Below the pieces are notes generated by a model. The model saw only the letters and a list, made by a program, of their open reading frames with translations, did no database searches and had not been told where the DNA came from. Below are positions 46,161 through 58,658 of a stretch of DNA of 64,000 nucleotides, piece by piece. The position numbers were made by a program, and so were the translations under genes. The first letter of the stretch is position 1. Each line of letters begins with the position of its first letter. Source of the stretch: Chara braunii (lineage: Eukaryota; Plantae; Charophyceae); NCBI GenBank assembly GCA_003427395.1, contig BFEA01000002.1, positions 2,928,877 through 2,992,876 on the forward strand, given 5' to 3'.

Positions 46161-46568
46161 ATTTGGACAAGTAGTTTTCGTGGAGAGGTGCAGAAAATCC
46201 GGATCCATCTGTTTTTCTGCATCTCTCCTGAAAACCCATCCAGATTCGGAAGCTTAATGCATTTCTCTTTGCCAATAGGACCTTGGCCCAGGAGACTATG
46301 GGCCGCTCTCCGCTACTCTCCACTTGCACAAAAGACAAAAACTATGGCCGCGTATCTTTCCATGTTCCATGTTCTAGGGGAAGATTCATGCTTTAAAGAA
46401 AAAAAAAAAAAAAAAAAAAAAAGGTTCATGCTCAATTTGCATAATATTATATGAGGAGTAGTGGAGCAAGGACCTATTGCGCACCAACTGAGTGAAAACT
46501 AATACTAGAGTTTCAGAAAGTAATCAATATACATTGAATCATGGTACCTCCACCCTCAAGGATGCCAC

Positions 46569-46624
<56 letters not shown>

Positions 46625-46909
46625 CACACAGCTCGAAGAAAGAAAAGAAAAAAGAACTGATGTCTGAGCTGCCTTTTTTTCTCTTCTTTTTTGTTTTCAT
46701 TTTAATTTTTCGTTTTGTGATGTCTGAGTCTCTTTGCGGGATCCATCAAAAGGTCTGTCAGTTAATTAAAAAAAATTAAAAAAAAAAAATGTCAGACGTC
46801 TGTTCCGCGAAGTTGGCAGCTCAGAGTCTGTGGTGCTGAGACCCTCTCAGACAACAGACTGCACAAACTTGTGTGGGCGCTTTCATCGTAACAAAGCGAA
46901 CAAACAGTT

Positions 46910-47030
46910 GAATGAGTGTGTGCAAATGAGTGTGTGCAAATGACTGTGTGCAAATGAGTGTGTGCAAATGACTGTGTGGGCAAATGACTGTGTGTGCAAT
47001 TGAGTGTGGGCAAATGAGTGTGTGCAAATG
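46910..47030. repeat. ~14-16 bp tandem minisatellite (TGTGCAAATGA[G/C]TG)n
   Basis: Direct inspection. Confidence 0.85.
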
Positions 47031-47298
47031 GACGGTTCCGTCGTAACGAAACGAACATTGTCAAACAAACAATGGAATTGAATTGAATGTGCGAAATGTG
47101 TACAGACTTGACTTATGTCGCTCTGGCAATTTATTTATTTTGCGAATGGAATGGAACGTCTGTTGCACGGACTCTTCCAGGGAAGCGCGCATCTCACGTG
47201 GAATTGTTTTCAAGATCATTGCCAAAGCTTGAAATATACGACATGTACGCCAGGCCAGACTTTAGGCGCCTCCTTCCTTTCTCCCCCGTTGTGCACAG

Positions 47299-47362
<64 letters not shown>

Positions 47363-47439
47363 ACTACACACTGTACTCTGTCTTTCTCTCTCTCGCTCAN
47401 GCCTATCGCATTCGTGGGCCACGGGGGTCAGTCTAGACG

Positions 47440-47477
47440 CTGTCTCTTATACACATCTAGATGTGTATAAGAGACAG
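47440..47477. other. Nextera mate-pair junction adapter (two inverted Tn5 mosaic ends); assembly artefact
   Basis: Exact CTGTCTCTTATACACATCT+AGATGTGTATAAGAGACAG. Confidence 0.97.
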
Positions 47478-47543
47478 CTCTCTCCCTCTCTCTCTTTCTC
47501 ACCAACTACACACTGTACTCTGTCTTTCTCTCTCTCGCTCAAT

Positions 47544-47590
<47 letters not shown>

Positions 47591-47594
47591 CATA

Positions 47595-47656
<62 letters not shown>

Positions 47657-48943
47657 CATCCATCCGTCCATCCATTCATCAACTCACGCACAGTGACAAA
47701 TGCACTTGCATTGACATTGCCGCTCTCTCCCTCTCTCTCTTCGGCTCATTAATAGTCATTATGATTATCGCTAGAGGGTAGTATATACTACACTGCACAA
47801 TGACGTCTGCTGTATCAGAGATTCTACCAACGACAGAATCAAGGTTTTTCTTTGAATCACGATCCTCCCAGTGGAGCTGAAATGCTGAACATCGATCTCT
47901 TGACAGACAGTAGGAACGCTGTGAAGAGAACCTGTGGCCACTGGCCCGTTAATAATTGGTGAAGAATAATAATTGAAAAATCTGACGAAGCGTCGCAATG
48001 CTGACTGAGCATTGCAGGGAGAAGGGGAGCAGAGATTCAGCAGAATGAATCGATGTTGACGTCTTTTTTTTTTCTTTTTTTATTTTTTCGATGTTGATAT
48101 CGTGCGTTCCCTCATTTTGTCCGGAATTTCTGAATCGGAATCAATGCCATTTCTCACCGCATACTCACTCATCAAACTAGCACTTCCTCGACCGAATCTA
48201 GACGTAACTACGCCCAGGTACACCGAGCGAAACGAAACCACGCTCAGGTACTGTGATGGGTCCTCGCTCCACTAGACAACACTCTACATGCATTTGGACG
48301 CTTTGTGGACCCAATGCAATCAGAATCTTCGACCCGTCCGAATGCACCTGGTCCAGAAAGTAGCGAAATGCATGTTAGAGTGTTGTGTAGTGGAGCGAGC
48401 CCCATGGTTTGCGTTTCTTTCTTTTCCTCCACGGAATGTGTTTTTCCTTCCCCTTTTTTTTTTTTTTTNNNNNNNNNNNNNNNNNNNNNNNNNNNNNNNN
48501 NNNNNNNNNNNNNNNNNNNNNNNNNNNNNNNNNNNNNNNNNNNNNNNNNNNNNNNNNNNNNNNNNNNNNNNNNNNNNNNNNNNNNNNNNNNNNNNNNNNN
48601 NNNNNNNNNNNNNNNNNNNNNNNNNNNNNNNNNNNNNNNNNNNNNNNNNNNNNNNNNNNNNNNNNNNNNNNNNNNNNNNNNNNNNNNNNNNNNNNNNNNN
48701 NNNNNNNNNNNNNNNNNNNNNNNNNNNNNNNNNNNNNNNNNNNNNNNNNNNNNNNNNNNNNNNNNNNNNNNNNNNNNNNNNNNNNNNNNNNNNNNNNNNN
48801 NNNNNNNNNNNNNNNNNNNNNNNNNNNNNNNNNNNNNNNNNNNNNNNNNNNNNNNNNNNNNNNNNNNNNNNNNNNNNNNNNNNNNNNNNNNNNNNNNNNN
48901 NNNNNNNNNNNNNNNNNNNNNNNNNNNNNNNNNNNNNNNNNNN

Positions 48944-50213
48944 TAGGACAGATTCGTAATTTTGTTTGGCTGAGGACTAACCGAGAGACCTACCTGTGAG
49001 GGAAATTCTTGAGGGACATATCTGCAAATCCGGGAAAATACAGGCCCGGTACTAACTTGATTCCCTACAGCTATCCTAACAGCTATCCTAACTGCGGATA
49101 GCAGACCCGGGCTACCCCTAGACAGACAGGCCCTATGGGCCTATTCTGAATAGACGGTCCTATAGCCTATAGTCGGGTCCGGTAGAGGCCGAGAGGCCGA
49201 AACAGATACGGTACCGGTCGGTCAGTCAGTCCGGTCTAGGTCGGTGTAGGCTAGAAGTAGGGTGGGCACATCGGTTCAGGGCTTTTGGCAGTTGGTACCG
49301 TGTACATCGCTGCTGTGCTACGCGTGAACCGGAAGTGGTGACGGCTCAGCGTGGAGGAAGACGGTCATAGCCAGACCTCCGGAGTGCAGGCCATAGCTGG
49401 GACCTGCGCTGTACTCTGCCAGCACGCAGGGGCTGACAGAGGTCTGGGTTATAGAGGTCTGCTGGAGGCGAGAGAGGTTGGTGCCCTGCTGGACCCTCCT
49501 CCGGAGTGGGGTCCCAGAGGGTTTGCGCTGCAGCCATAGCTGCAGCCCGTTCATCTCAGAGGTCATCTTGTCAGGGTTTGGTGGCGCTGCTGCAGGCTTC
49601 CACCCGGGAAGCCTCCCGACACTTCGTCATCATCAGATACTGTGGCGCTGGTCTTCTTCTCCATCCTCTGGGTGGCGCTTGGCCTCAGAGGCCTGTTTCA
49701 GGGTGGCGCTGCCCCCAGGAGGCTGTATTTGGGTGGCGCTTGATGTTTCAGGGCTCAGGGGGTGTTACGGGTGTTCATCAGGGTTGGAGAGTGAAGCGCT
49801 GCTCAATTCTGAGCAGCGCACTGTAGTTCTGGAGTGATCCTGACATTTCGAGACTCTGAGTTTAATAAACAGTGTGTAACTGTGTTTGGACTATCATCGT
49901 TTCATTGTTTCCTGGATGTGATCTGCTCAGCTTGTCTCTATGACTGGTTGTGAGGATTGAGTGGAGTGTATTGCACTTTCAGTGTACCCTGTCATATCGC
50001 ATGGTTAAGTCTGTTGTGAGGATTGAGTGGAGTGTATTGCACTTTCAGTGTACCCTGTCATATCGCATGGTTAAGTCTTCCGCTGTGTCTCTCTCTCCCT
50101 ATGCGGTGTGATACTCCTATCCTCTCCCCTACCTTCTGTGTGTGCATGGGCATGTGCAGAAGTCTATGTGAGTGAGTGTTGGCCATCAGGCAACGGACAA
50201 CCAGAATCATAAC
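48944..50213 (+). mobile_element. Possible LTR (solo or partial) of an LTR retrotransposon, starting inside the N gap
   Basis: Non-coding and compositionally distinct, with AATAAA at about 49864, a 66-bp tandem duplication at 49947-50078, and an ...ATAACA end. No partner LTR or PBS seen. Confidence 0.3.
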
Positions 50214-51104
50214 ACTTGTACACCCTTATTAGTCCTCCTGTTGCTTTCTTTCCTCGAATAAATCGCAAATTAAGCATAAGCATTCTCACTGATTCAGAAG
50301 TGAGTGCACTCACGTTCAACTCTAACCGGAGTAGTTTTGGGGTCTGATTCGGTCGTTCTGGCCCTGAAAAGCTGGCTACGGCTACGAGTCCAGGGGCCAT
50401 GCCCCACTTGTCGAGGTTTAGTTCCGGTTTCAAGTATGCAGGGCTCCTTGCCATCCGATCTGAAAATTCCACGGCCACGGTGTGACCACGTTGAAAAATA
50501 CACAAAACATAAACCAAACCCCAGGTAGTGGGACATGGGCCCTGGGCCCAAGTCCCACTTACCTCAGATCTCAACTTGTGACCGTGGATTACAATGATCA
50601 GCGGCCAGAAATGAAGAATCAGGGAAAGTGGGACTGGCCCCTGAACTGAACCTAAAGGACAGGCATGGATTCAATTTCATATACTTTACTATAGGTTTGC
50701 CCTAATTTCCCCTAAGGCTTGTATGTGTTGTTTTCTTATGTAGAAACTGTTGCAAGGAAAATGAGCAATAGCGAAATGACAGATTTCAGATTGCAAAATC
50801 ACATTGAAAGCCAGGAAGTCCGACACCGTGCAGAAAACAGAAGTGGACCTATATTACAGCAGTGGAGAACCAAAACACTGAATCCAAGTGTCAATGAGAG
50901 CATACTCTGGCCATCACCAACGTAAGTGTCCAGAGCCCTTCTCCTAAGTGTCAATGAGACCATACAAACCACAGAGCCCTTCTCCTACCAAGATTTGCAA
51001 AAATTGACGAATTCAGGGGCCCCCCTTCACTTAGGGCGGGCACGTGCCTGATGCAGGGCCTTATGCGGTTATGCCGAGGGATCAAACCCTCGCACTGTCC
51101 TCTC

Positions 51105-51276
51105 TTTTTTTTTTCAAGTTTTTTTTGTTTTTTTTTGTTTTTTTTGCATAACATCCATGACAGACAACTACCCGTCAGGCTGTAAGAGCGCCTGGTGGGT
51201 TGGAGTCTGCACTGTTTGATGGCTCCAAATCTATTGGTGGGGAGCTGCACCTGTTGGAAAGCGGGTCCAACGTCCC
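51105..51276 (-). other. Isolated LINE 3' tail (motif + GCTCTTAC stem-loop + poly-A)
   Basis: Minus strand GGGAC-GTTGGA-CCCGCTT-TCCAAC-AGGTGCA-GCTCC-CCACCAATAGATTT-GGAGC, then hairpin and A runs. Confidence 0.78.
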
Positions 51277-51300
51277 AACCACAAAAAATTCTCGTATCCG

Positions 51301-51385
51301 TAATATCCAATGTCATTGATGACTCAGAGACCTCTCACCCATAATATCCAATGTCATTGATGACTCAGAGACCTCTCACCCATAA
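51301..51385. repeat. 41-bp tandem duplication
   Basis: TAATATCCAATGTCATTGATGACTCAGAGACCTCTCACCCA x2. Confidence 0.9.
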
Positions 51386-51413
51386 GGGTGCCAGATAATC
51401 AAATTACAACCTA

Positions 51414-51870
51414 GGGGCTCGTTCGACACTCCTTGGGGCGTCCTCGGGGCCGAAGGAAGTTTCCTTGGGGGTTTTCAAGGAAATTCCCGCCATCGTTCCA
51501 CCTGTCCTCGGGGACGTCGCCTGAGGACATTTCCTTCGAACGATGTCAGACAAGAAAAAAGAAAAGAAAAAAAAAATCAAATGTGTTTGAGGCCTTCTGC
51601 CAATAGGGTGCCGCCATGATCCACATTCTCTGTTGTAACGTCTCTCTACTCAAGTGCCCGCTCCTCTCCGTGAAACGCGGATTCCTTTTGCCCAAGGGAC
51701 CTCGTGAGGTCCCTTGGGCAAAAGGAAGAAATGGCTGGGGAATCCTCGGAGCCCAAGGAATTTCCTTCGAAGTGTTTTCACTTTTTTTTTGCCGACTGCG
51801 TCCCCGAGGATAGGTGGAACGAACAATTCCTCGGGGACTTTACGCGCCCGAGGAGTGTCGAACGAGCCTC
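51414..51870. mobile_element. ~457 bp PIF/Harbinger (Tourist-like) MITE
   Basis: TIR GGGGCTCGTTCGACACTCCT / AGGAGTGTCGAACGAGCCTC; imperfect 3-bp flanks CTA/CTG; many internal CCTCGG repeats. Confidence 0.78.
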
Positions 51871-51893
51871 CTGTACTGCCACACCAATTTCCT

Positions 51894-51997
51894 TTTTTTT
51901 TTATGGACCATTTCTCGATTTATGCGTGTCATCCTTGTGCAGGGGCCATGCTAATCTTCTCCGTATCGTTCCAATTTTAACGGATGTCCCGAAGGAC
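51894..51997 (-). pseudogene. U6: U6 snRNA processed retrocopy with poly-A and 16-bp TSD
   Basis: Minus strand GTCCTTCGGGACATCCGTTAAAATTGGAACGATACGGAGAAGATTAGCATGGCCCCTGCACAAGGATGACACGCATAAATCGAGAAATGGTCCAT-A10; TSD GCCACACCAATTTCCT at 51878-51893 and 52000-52015. Confidence 0.95.
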
Positions 51998-52411
51998 AAG
52001 CCACACCAATTTCCTAATGGATCATTTTAGAACCATTGATGGGCGTGCAACAGCACTACATTCTAAAGGCCGATTCTAACAGCTTTGTTAATTCGCGTCC
52101 GTGAAGAAAGGGAAAACACTCAAAAGTAGGTATTACTTAGGGGAGACAGAGGCAACCAATACCCCTTCAGGGGGGTCCACGCCCCATCAGCCAACAGCAA
52201 GAGCTATGCACAGAAGGCCTGGCAGGAGCTCCTCCTTTAGAATCTGGGGCCTCAAAGTACGGGCTGTAAGTTTTCATTGAATGGGTATTTTAGCTTTAAA
52301 TTTATAGAGGCTGTTCGTTCTGTACCGAGAGTGCACATATTCTAACCAACGGGCCTGATTTAGACGTAGTCCATAACAACAAAGTTTAAACAAATTACAC
52401 TGAGCAGCTTG

Positions 52412-52414
<3 letters not shown>

Positions 52415-52447
<33 letters not shown>

Positions 52448-52504
52448 NNNNNNNNNNNNNNNNNNNNNNNNNNNNNNNNNNNNNNNNNNNNNNNNNNNNN
52501 NNNN

Positions 52505-52588
<84 letters not shown>
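52415..52588. repeat. (AG)n microsatellite with internal gap
   Basis: Direct inspection. Confidence 0.95.
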
Positions 52589-52595
<7 letters not shown>

Positions 52596-53710
52596 AGGGG
52601 AGAAAGAAGAAAGAAGAAGAAAGAGTAGAGAGGGAATAAGACATGTCCCAGACATCCCGAACGCGACCAATATGGCCGTAATAGATTGGAAAATCAAGCA
52701 CCGCCAACACTCAAATGATACAATGCAGTTCATGGCGCAGCGACCCGACGCTGCGTTTCATCCCGTCCGCCAAACCGGTACTCGTCAGGGGTCTTCCTGG
52801 TAGCAAGGAAAAGGGACTGGACACATCGACGGTAGCACTTAAACCACCAATACTTGGCCCAACTATCTGCCGCGGAAAAAAATAGAGTAGAAAAGTTTCT
52901 AGTTGGACGAATTTGGGCGCTCCTGTAATGGCCCGTATGTTTCCTAAAATCGGCCCGTATGTTTCCTAACATCGTGGCACGTTAAGGGGCACTACTTTAG
53001 GGAGTACTGGTGGTTTAAGTACCTTTGAAGAATAGACTGGGAATAAGAGAGCCAGGAGCCAGTACAAAGCCTTCCTTTTTTTTTTTTCAGGAAGAAAGCC
53101 CTTACGGTATCCCTCTATCCTGGCGGTGGTACGAGAACCGTCAGAATTGAGGGCTTACGCGGGGGGCTGCTCCATCTATTGGTGGGGAGCGGCACCTGCT
53201 GGAAACCGGGTCCAGCTTCCCATCAGAACATCGTATGGCGTCAAGACTGCGGTTCTTTTGTGTGTCCTCCTGGGGCTCCAGCATCCCTTGGAGCCGCAAG
53301 TGACTCCCGTTCCCCTTTATCTACCGACCCAGTCCTTGTCCCAGCAGCCCCCTCTGTACCCAATGCACTCCTTTTGTCGCCTTTATGTGCCTTGCAGTGC
53401 GGCGGAGCATTGCACTCCCAACCCCTGATCTGGGAGGCAGGCAACCACCAACTCGTCCTCTGTCCAGGCAATGAATTGTTTTCTCAGGCATGTACCTACC
53501 CAGTCACTGTCCCAGCAGCCCATGCACCCAATGCACGCTCCCAATTGTCTATCGACCCAGTCGTATACCAACAGCCCCTATGTACCCAATGCACCTATTC
53601 CCTCATGTCATTTGAACTGAGCGTTCATGTTCTTGGACTTGCAGTGCGGCGGAGCACTGCACTCCCATCCCCTGTTGTGGGAGGCAGGCAACCGCCAACG
53701 CGTCCTCTGT

Positions 53711-56700
53711 TCAGGCAACGAATTGTTTCCTCAGGCTGGCTGNNNNNNNNNNNNNNNNNNNNNNNNNNNNNNNNNNNNNNNNNNNNNNNNNNNNNNNNNN
53801 NNNNNNNNNNNNNNNNNNNNNNNNNNNAGGTGTAGGCCATGGAGGGGTCACGGGAGTCAAGGGTGGAGGCGTAGGGGTCCCCGGGGGCGAGGCTGAGGGT
53901 GGGGAAGGCGGCGGTGACGGGATCGGGGGAGGAGGACCGGACGGGAGAGGAGGGGACCATGCTGGCAATGGAGGAGAGGGTGAGTCCCCCGAGTCCCCGG
54001 CCGGGACCTGCTGCTCATCGGTCCGTGGAGCATCCTCAAGTGCTCGATCGTGGCCAGGCAGGGGTGTATGGAAGCAATTTTCCGGCCTATAAACCCACCT
54101 GTGTTGCTCCGCAGCCCAGTTTTTCCATATTAACCTACCGTCATTTTGTATGTCTGCCATTTTGCGGTTCGGGTCTATCCACTTTTGTTTGAAGGCCAAG
54201 ATCGCCCTTTGTTTGTCCACCTGGTCCGGGGCAGCCGCCACCGTTTTCACCAGCTTCCTGCTTGCGCTTGTCAGGTTCTGTCGGATGACCTCAAGCAGTT
54301 CTTCTTTGGCCTGGTGCAGGGCAAAAGTGTATTCCTTGCGCTTTGCCGAGCAGCGCATGCGCCATATAACCATGAGGAGGGCAAGCCTCATATGTTTGAA
54401 TAGGTTCACCTGGAAGGGCGACCAAAGTCGAGGAAAGCTTTTCCTTTTTCCCAACAGAATGAGAGCCACGTTCCATTGGAAGGGCGATGCCGTGAGTTCG
54501 TGCCACATCGCATCCCACCACTGCCACACTTGTACCGCCATCGGGCAGGCCAACAGACAATGTTCCAGGTCTGCGCGTCTGGCTGGCGCACCTTCCCCGC
54601 ATTGGGAGCAGATAGGGGAAAAGACTTCCGCTTGTTCCAGTTTTGTGCGTGCTGTTATCCAATCAGGTGTCGGTAGACAGCGGTGCGTTATCTGCCATTG
54701 CAGGGCCCTGTGCGATGTCGGCATTATATGTGCGTGGGCCGACCATGGGATGTGTTGCAACTCTGCGTCACGCAGTGACGAATCCCGTTTCCATCTATTT
54801 TGCACCACCATTGTAGAGGAGTGGAGCTTATGGGCCTATTTGTATCCTCCTTTAACCGTATATTGCTAGATGTGTGTGGGTTTTCTTCCTTTCCATACCC
54901 ATTCGTCAGGGTCGAATGGGAGTGCGCAGATCCGGGAGGTCATTTCGTAGGCATAAAAGCCTGAGTCCTCGTCCCCGACTACCCTGATCCTAGATAGCTC
55001 TTCCATTGGAAGCATGCAATCTAGGCTTTGGTCTCTTTTCAGGGCAGCCTAGCGCGCTCCTGGAACATCTAGAGCATAGGCATGCAACTGCATTCCTTGG
55101 TCAGTGGCGCGATGTACCCTGAAGATGGTCATGGGGATCGGGTTGGCCGTGTTCCTTATGACCCAGTCGTGGCTGCGCACTGTCGGTCCGTTCTGCAGGG
55201 TTGCCGCCCATGAGGGTGGGACCCTGCGGTGGATGAAGCTGAGTTTTTCCTGGCTATCCTTGACGTGTCTCAGGTTTCGCCGCAGCTGCTCTGCGGACTT
55301 CCAGGTGCCTCTCTGGCTATCCCAGAGGTCCCCCACCACAAAGAGGCCATTTTTCACCCATGTCAGCCAATGTGAGCCGGTTTCCAACGAGAGTGGACAC
55401 CCTGTTTCGTCACAGAGTTGTGGATTGCCAAACAAAGGCTGCCACCATATCTCTTGCCATCTCAGCGGGGGAGGCTTCTTGGATGGCCCCATCTGCCTCC
55501 ACAGATTTAACATTGTTATCCACATAGGGTCCTGTTTCAGGTCCCATCTCACGGCGTTTCTAGCCATACCATCCCTTCTATGGCGTGGGGGGTCTAGCAC
55601 AGACCAGGCTGTGTTTGTAAACCATGTGAGGGGGTGGACCGGGTTATCGCAGTGCGAGGGGGGGGCCAGGTTAGCCAATTGTATGTACGCCAAAGGTAAC
55701 CACGGTATGTCGTTCGCTAATAGCAAACGGACGATGACTTTGAACATGAGAGCCTTGGTTTCGTCCCCAGGGTCCAAGATGCCAAGCCCACCCACCTTCT
55801 TTGGCTGGGATACGTACTTCCAAGCCACCCTTTTTAGACATCCCGTCCGCTTGTGATCGTTTCTCCATAAATAGGCTGACAGAGCGGCTCTGAGGTGCGC
55901 TAATTGTTTTTTGGGTATTTCCCAGAAGGCCGTTTTGTACCAGATTGTGGCAAGGATGGCGTTATTAATTGTCAGCGCCCTTCCTACCAGCGATGTGTGA
56001 AGACCATCCCATTTGCTAGCCTTTGGAGAGCTAACTGCAGCATCGTCTGTCCATGATCATGGGGGGGGGCCAAAGTTGTCAGTCAGATACCCAGAATGCG
56101 TATGACTTCCTCTCTCGGGCGCCAGTTGATCGGTGGTTGTTGTGGGGGTTGGCTGTCTTGTGGGGACAACCACCAGCCCTCCGTCTTTGTTCCCCAGTTC
56201 ACCTTCATGTCGGTTGCGACCGCAAAGGCTTGGATGGTCTCGGTTAAGGCTTGAAGGGAGGCAATCGTAGCTCGGATAAGGACCGTAAGGTCATCGGCAA
56301 ACAGGGAGGTGACCGGCACCATATGAGGGGGCAGCTCCGGGATGTCTATGCGCTCTATGCGCGTGTTAGCTCTTATCATTGCCGCTAATGCCTCCATCAC
56401 CAAGAGGAAGAGGAGGGGGGCTATGGGGTCGCCTTGCCTCACTGACCGTTGCAGACCGAAAGGAGGAGACAGGTGGCCATTAACCATAACGTTTGTGACC
56501 GTGGTCCTATGCATAATTNNNNNNNNNNNNNNNNNNNNNNNNNNNNNNNNNNNNNNNNNNNNNNNNNNNNNNNNNNNNNNNNNNNNNNNNNNNNNNNNNN
56601 NNNNNNNNNNNNNNNNNNGCCTTCTCGAAATCTATAAAGAGGACCGCAGCGTCCTTGCCGTGCTGCCTGGCATATTTGATGGTCTCGCTGACCAGCAGGA

Positions 56701-58650
56701 CGTTGTCCTGGATGTTCCTTTGTGGCATGAACCCGGTTTGGTCTTGAAAGATGAGGTGATTCATGAACGGGAGCAATCGATTAGTGAGGGCTTTGGACAC
56801 CATTTTATATGGAAGGGGGAGGAGTGTGATCGGGCGGTAATTTCTAATGTCATCCTTGTCCCCCTTTTTGTAGAGGAGTGTGGTGACACCTTGGCTTATC
56901 AGCCCGCCAAACGTGCCTTCTCTCTGTACTGCAAGCACATAGGATTCGATACTGTTTTGAAATATATCCCAGTATTGCAGCCAAAATTCCTTCGGGAATG
57001 AGTCAAGTCCCGGCGTTTTTTCATCGTCCATGCCCCTCTGGGCTTCCAAGATAGTCAGAGGCTCTTCGAGCTGCTGACGTTGAGTTGATGAGAGCATTGC
57101 TGGAAGATGTTGGAGCATCGATTGGCGGGCGTCAGCTAAATGTTGCTCCCCCTATTGCCCGGACTCCGATGTATATAGTTTTTGATAGAATTTGGCGGCG
57201 TAGTCTACTATTGCGTATGCATTGTTGGCAGCGGGTGCTGAGTGGTCGAAGGGGTGGCGCAACGAGGAGACAGTCGACTATCAGGCCCGGGCTTGAGCCT
57301 TTCTGAAAAAGGATTTTGCCATTGTGCCCTCAGTGTCGTGCTAGTGTATTCGTGCCTGGATTCGCCATGCTTCTGCCTGTGCATCCAGGTAAGACTGTAG
57401 ATGGTCTCTGACCGTTTGTAGTCGGTGATAGGCGGTGTTGTTGAGCGGGTCGGTTTGTAGTTTGATGTCCCATTCTTCCAACTCATTGAGCAGGTTATCC
57501 AGTACCACTTTGCATTGTCGATCATAGGCGATCGAGAACTTTTTTACTCTGTCCCTTAACTGCGCCACCCCTATGTTAAACCAGTCCACTGTCGAGGCGG
57601 CTGGTTCTTTGTTTCATGCCCAATACTCCCAATATTCCTTGACGAGGATTTTAAGGGCCGGAAGTTTCAGGAGCGAGACGTTAAATTTATAGAAGCTCGG
57701 ACCTCTCTCTACAGGGGGGTGGAAGGATAGACCCATGACAATCCCTCGGTGGTCGAAGGACTTTCAAGCGTTGAATGGCATGATGTCGACCACCGACATT
57801 GCCCCTATGAGTTCTGCTGAAATGAGGAAGAGATCAATCCTGGAATAAGACGTGCCTGCTGCCCCTTTTTATCTGACGCAGGTATATGCACGTTTGGTGG
57901 GGTGCAAGGTTCTGTAGGCATCTTTAAGTTGCCGTGTCGCCATGAACCTTGCCAGCATTTCCACATCCGGGGCCCAGCGGTCGTAGGACCTTTCTTGACT
58001 TTGGGAGTTAGTGGAGGACCTTCTGTCGAGCCATGGATCGGGAGTTATGTTATAGTCCCCTGCCACGATGAGCGGTACGTCATCCGAGAGCTGTTGGTGA
58101 AGGGTGTGGAGGAAACTCACCCTGTCCAGCGGATCATTGGGGCCGTACACACTGGCAATGACAATCTCCTCATCCCCCATTGCTGCCCTAAGATACACCT
58201 AGCGCCCCTCTTGCCTATCACATTCGTGGGCCACGGGGGTCAGTCTAGACGAGGGAGGAAGCCATATTGCCACCCCTGTGGATGCCCCCGATATGGCCGG
58301 AGCTGAGAATGATGCGTACGGCCACACCCATTTATGTTTTGCTGTATGTGACGGCGAGTTCGTTAGGTGTGTCTCTTGTACACAGATTGCGTCCGGCCAT
58401 GTTGCCATCCCATCATGCTTGAGCATTCTCCATATTGCATCCTTCTTGTCCTGCGAGGCTTGCGCCAGGCCGTTCAAGTTGATGGCTCTGATGTCCAGGT
58501 CGGCCTGAGTGATCTTCCGTTCCCAGTCTTGAGGGCGCCTCCCAAGGGGCGGAACGTGCGGTTGAGGGGGGGGCTCCCGTGGGGGCGGGGGAGGGGGTGG
58601 ATGGTTCATAACACAGTCCATGGCAGTGTCCATTTTTGCATTGTTTTCCA
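53711..58650 (-). pseudogene. LINE-E ORF2: APE + RT + zf-RVT
   Basis: AINLNGL, CVQETHL, SVYGP, AGDYN, KTPGLDSFP, NYRPITLL, IDFEK, SVRQGDPIAPLLF, LFADD, CSQC...DLEHCLLACP. Stops and frameshifts present. Confidence 0.92.
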
Positions 58651-58658
58651 TAACCCCG

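Noticed and set aside
47440-47477. Tn5/IS50 transposon ends (bacterial horizontal transfer)
   Set aside because: The exact back-to-back hyperactive mosaic ends are the synthetic Nextera junction adapter; no transposase is present.
8352-53220. CRISPR-like array or HDV-like ribozyme reading of the recurrent ~55-nt motif
   Set aside because: Copies are dispersed, on both strands and tied to poly-A tails, not regularly spaced. The helix order does not fit the HDV nested double pseudoknot (no P3/L3 between P2 and P1').
54150-55856. Long plus-strand ORFs opposite LINE ORF2 (also 10187-10840, 14301-14918, 60884-61792)
   Set aside because: Antisense shadows of GC-rich LINE coding sequence, with no independent motifs.
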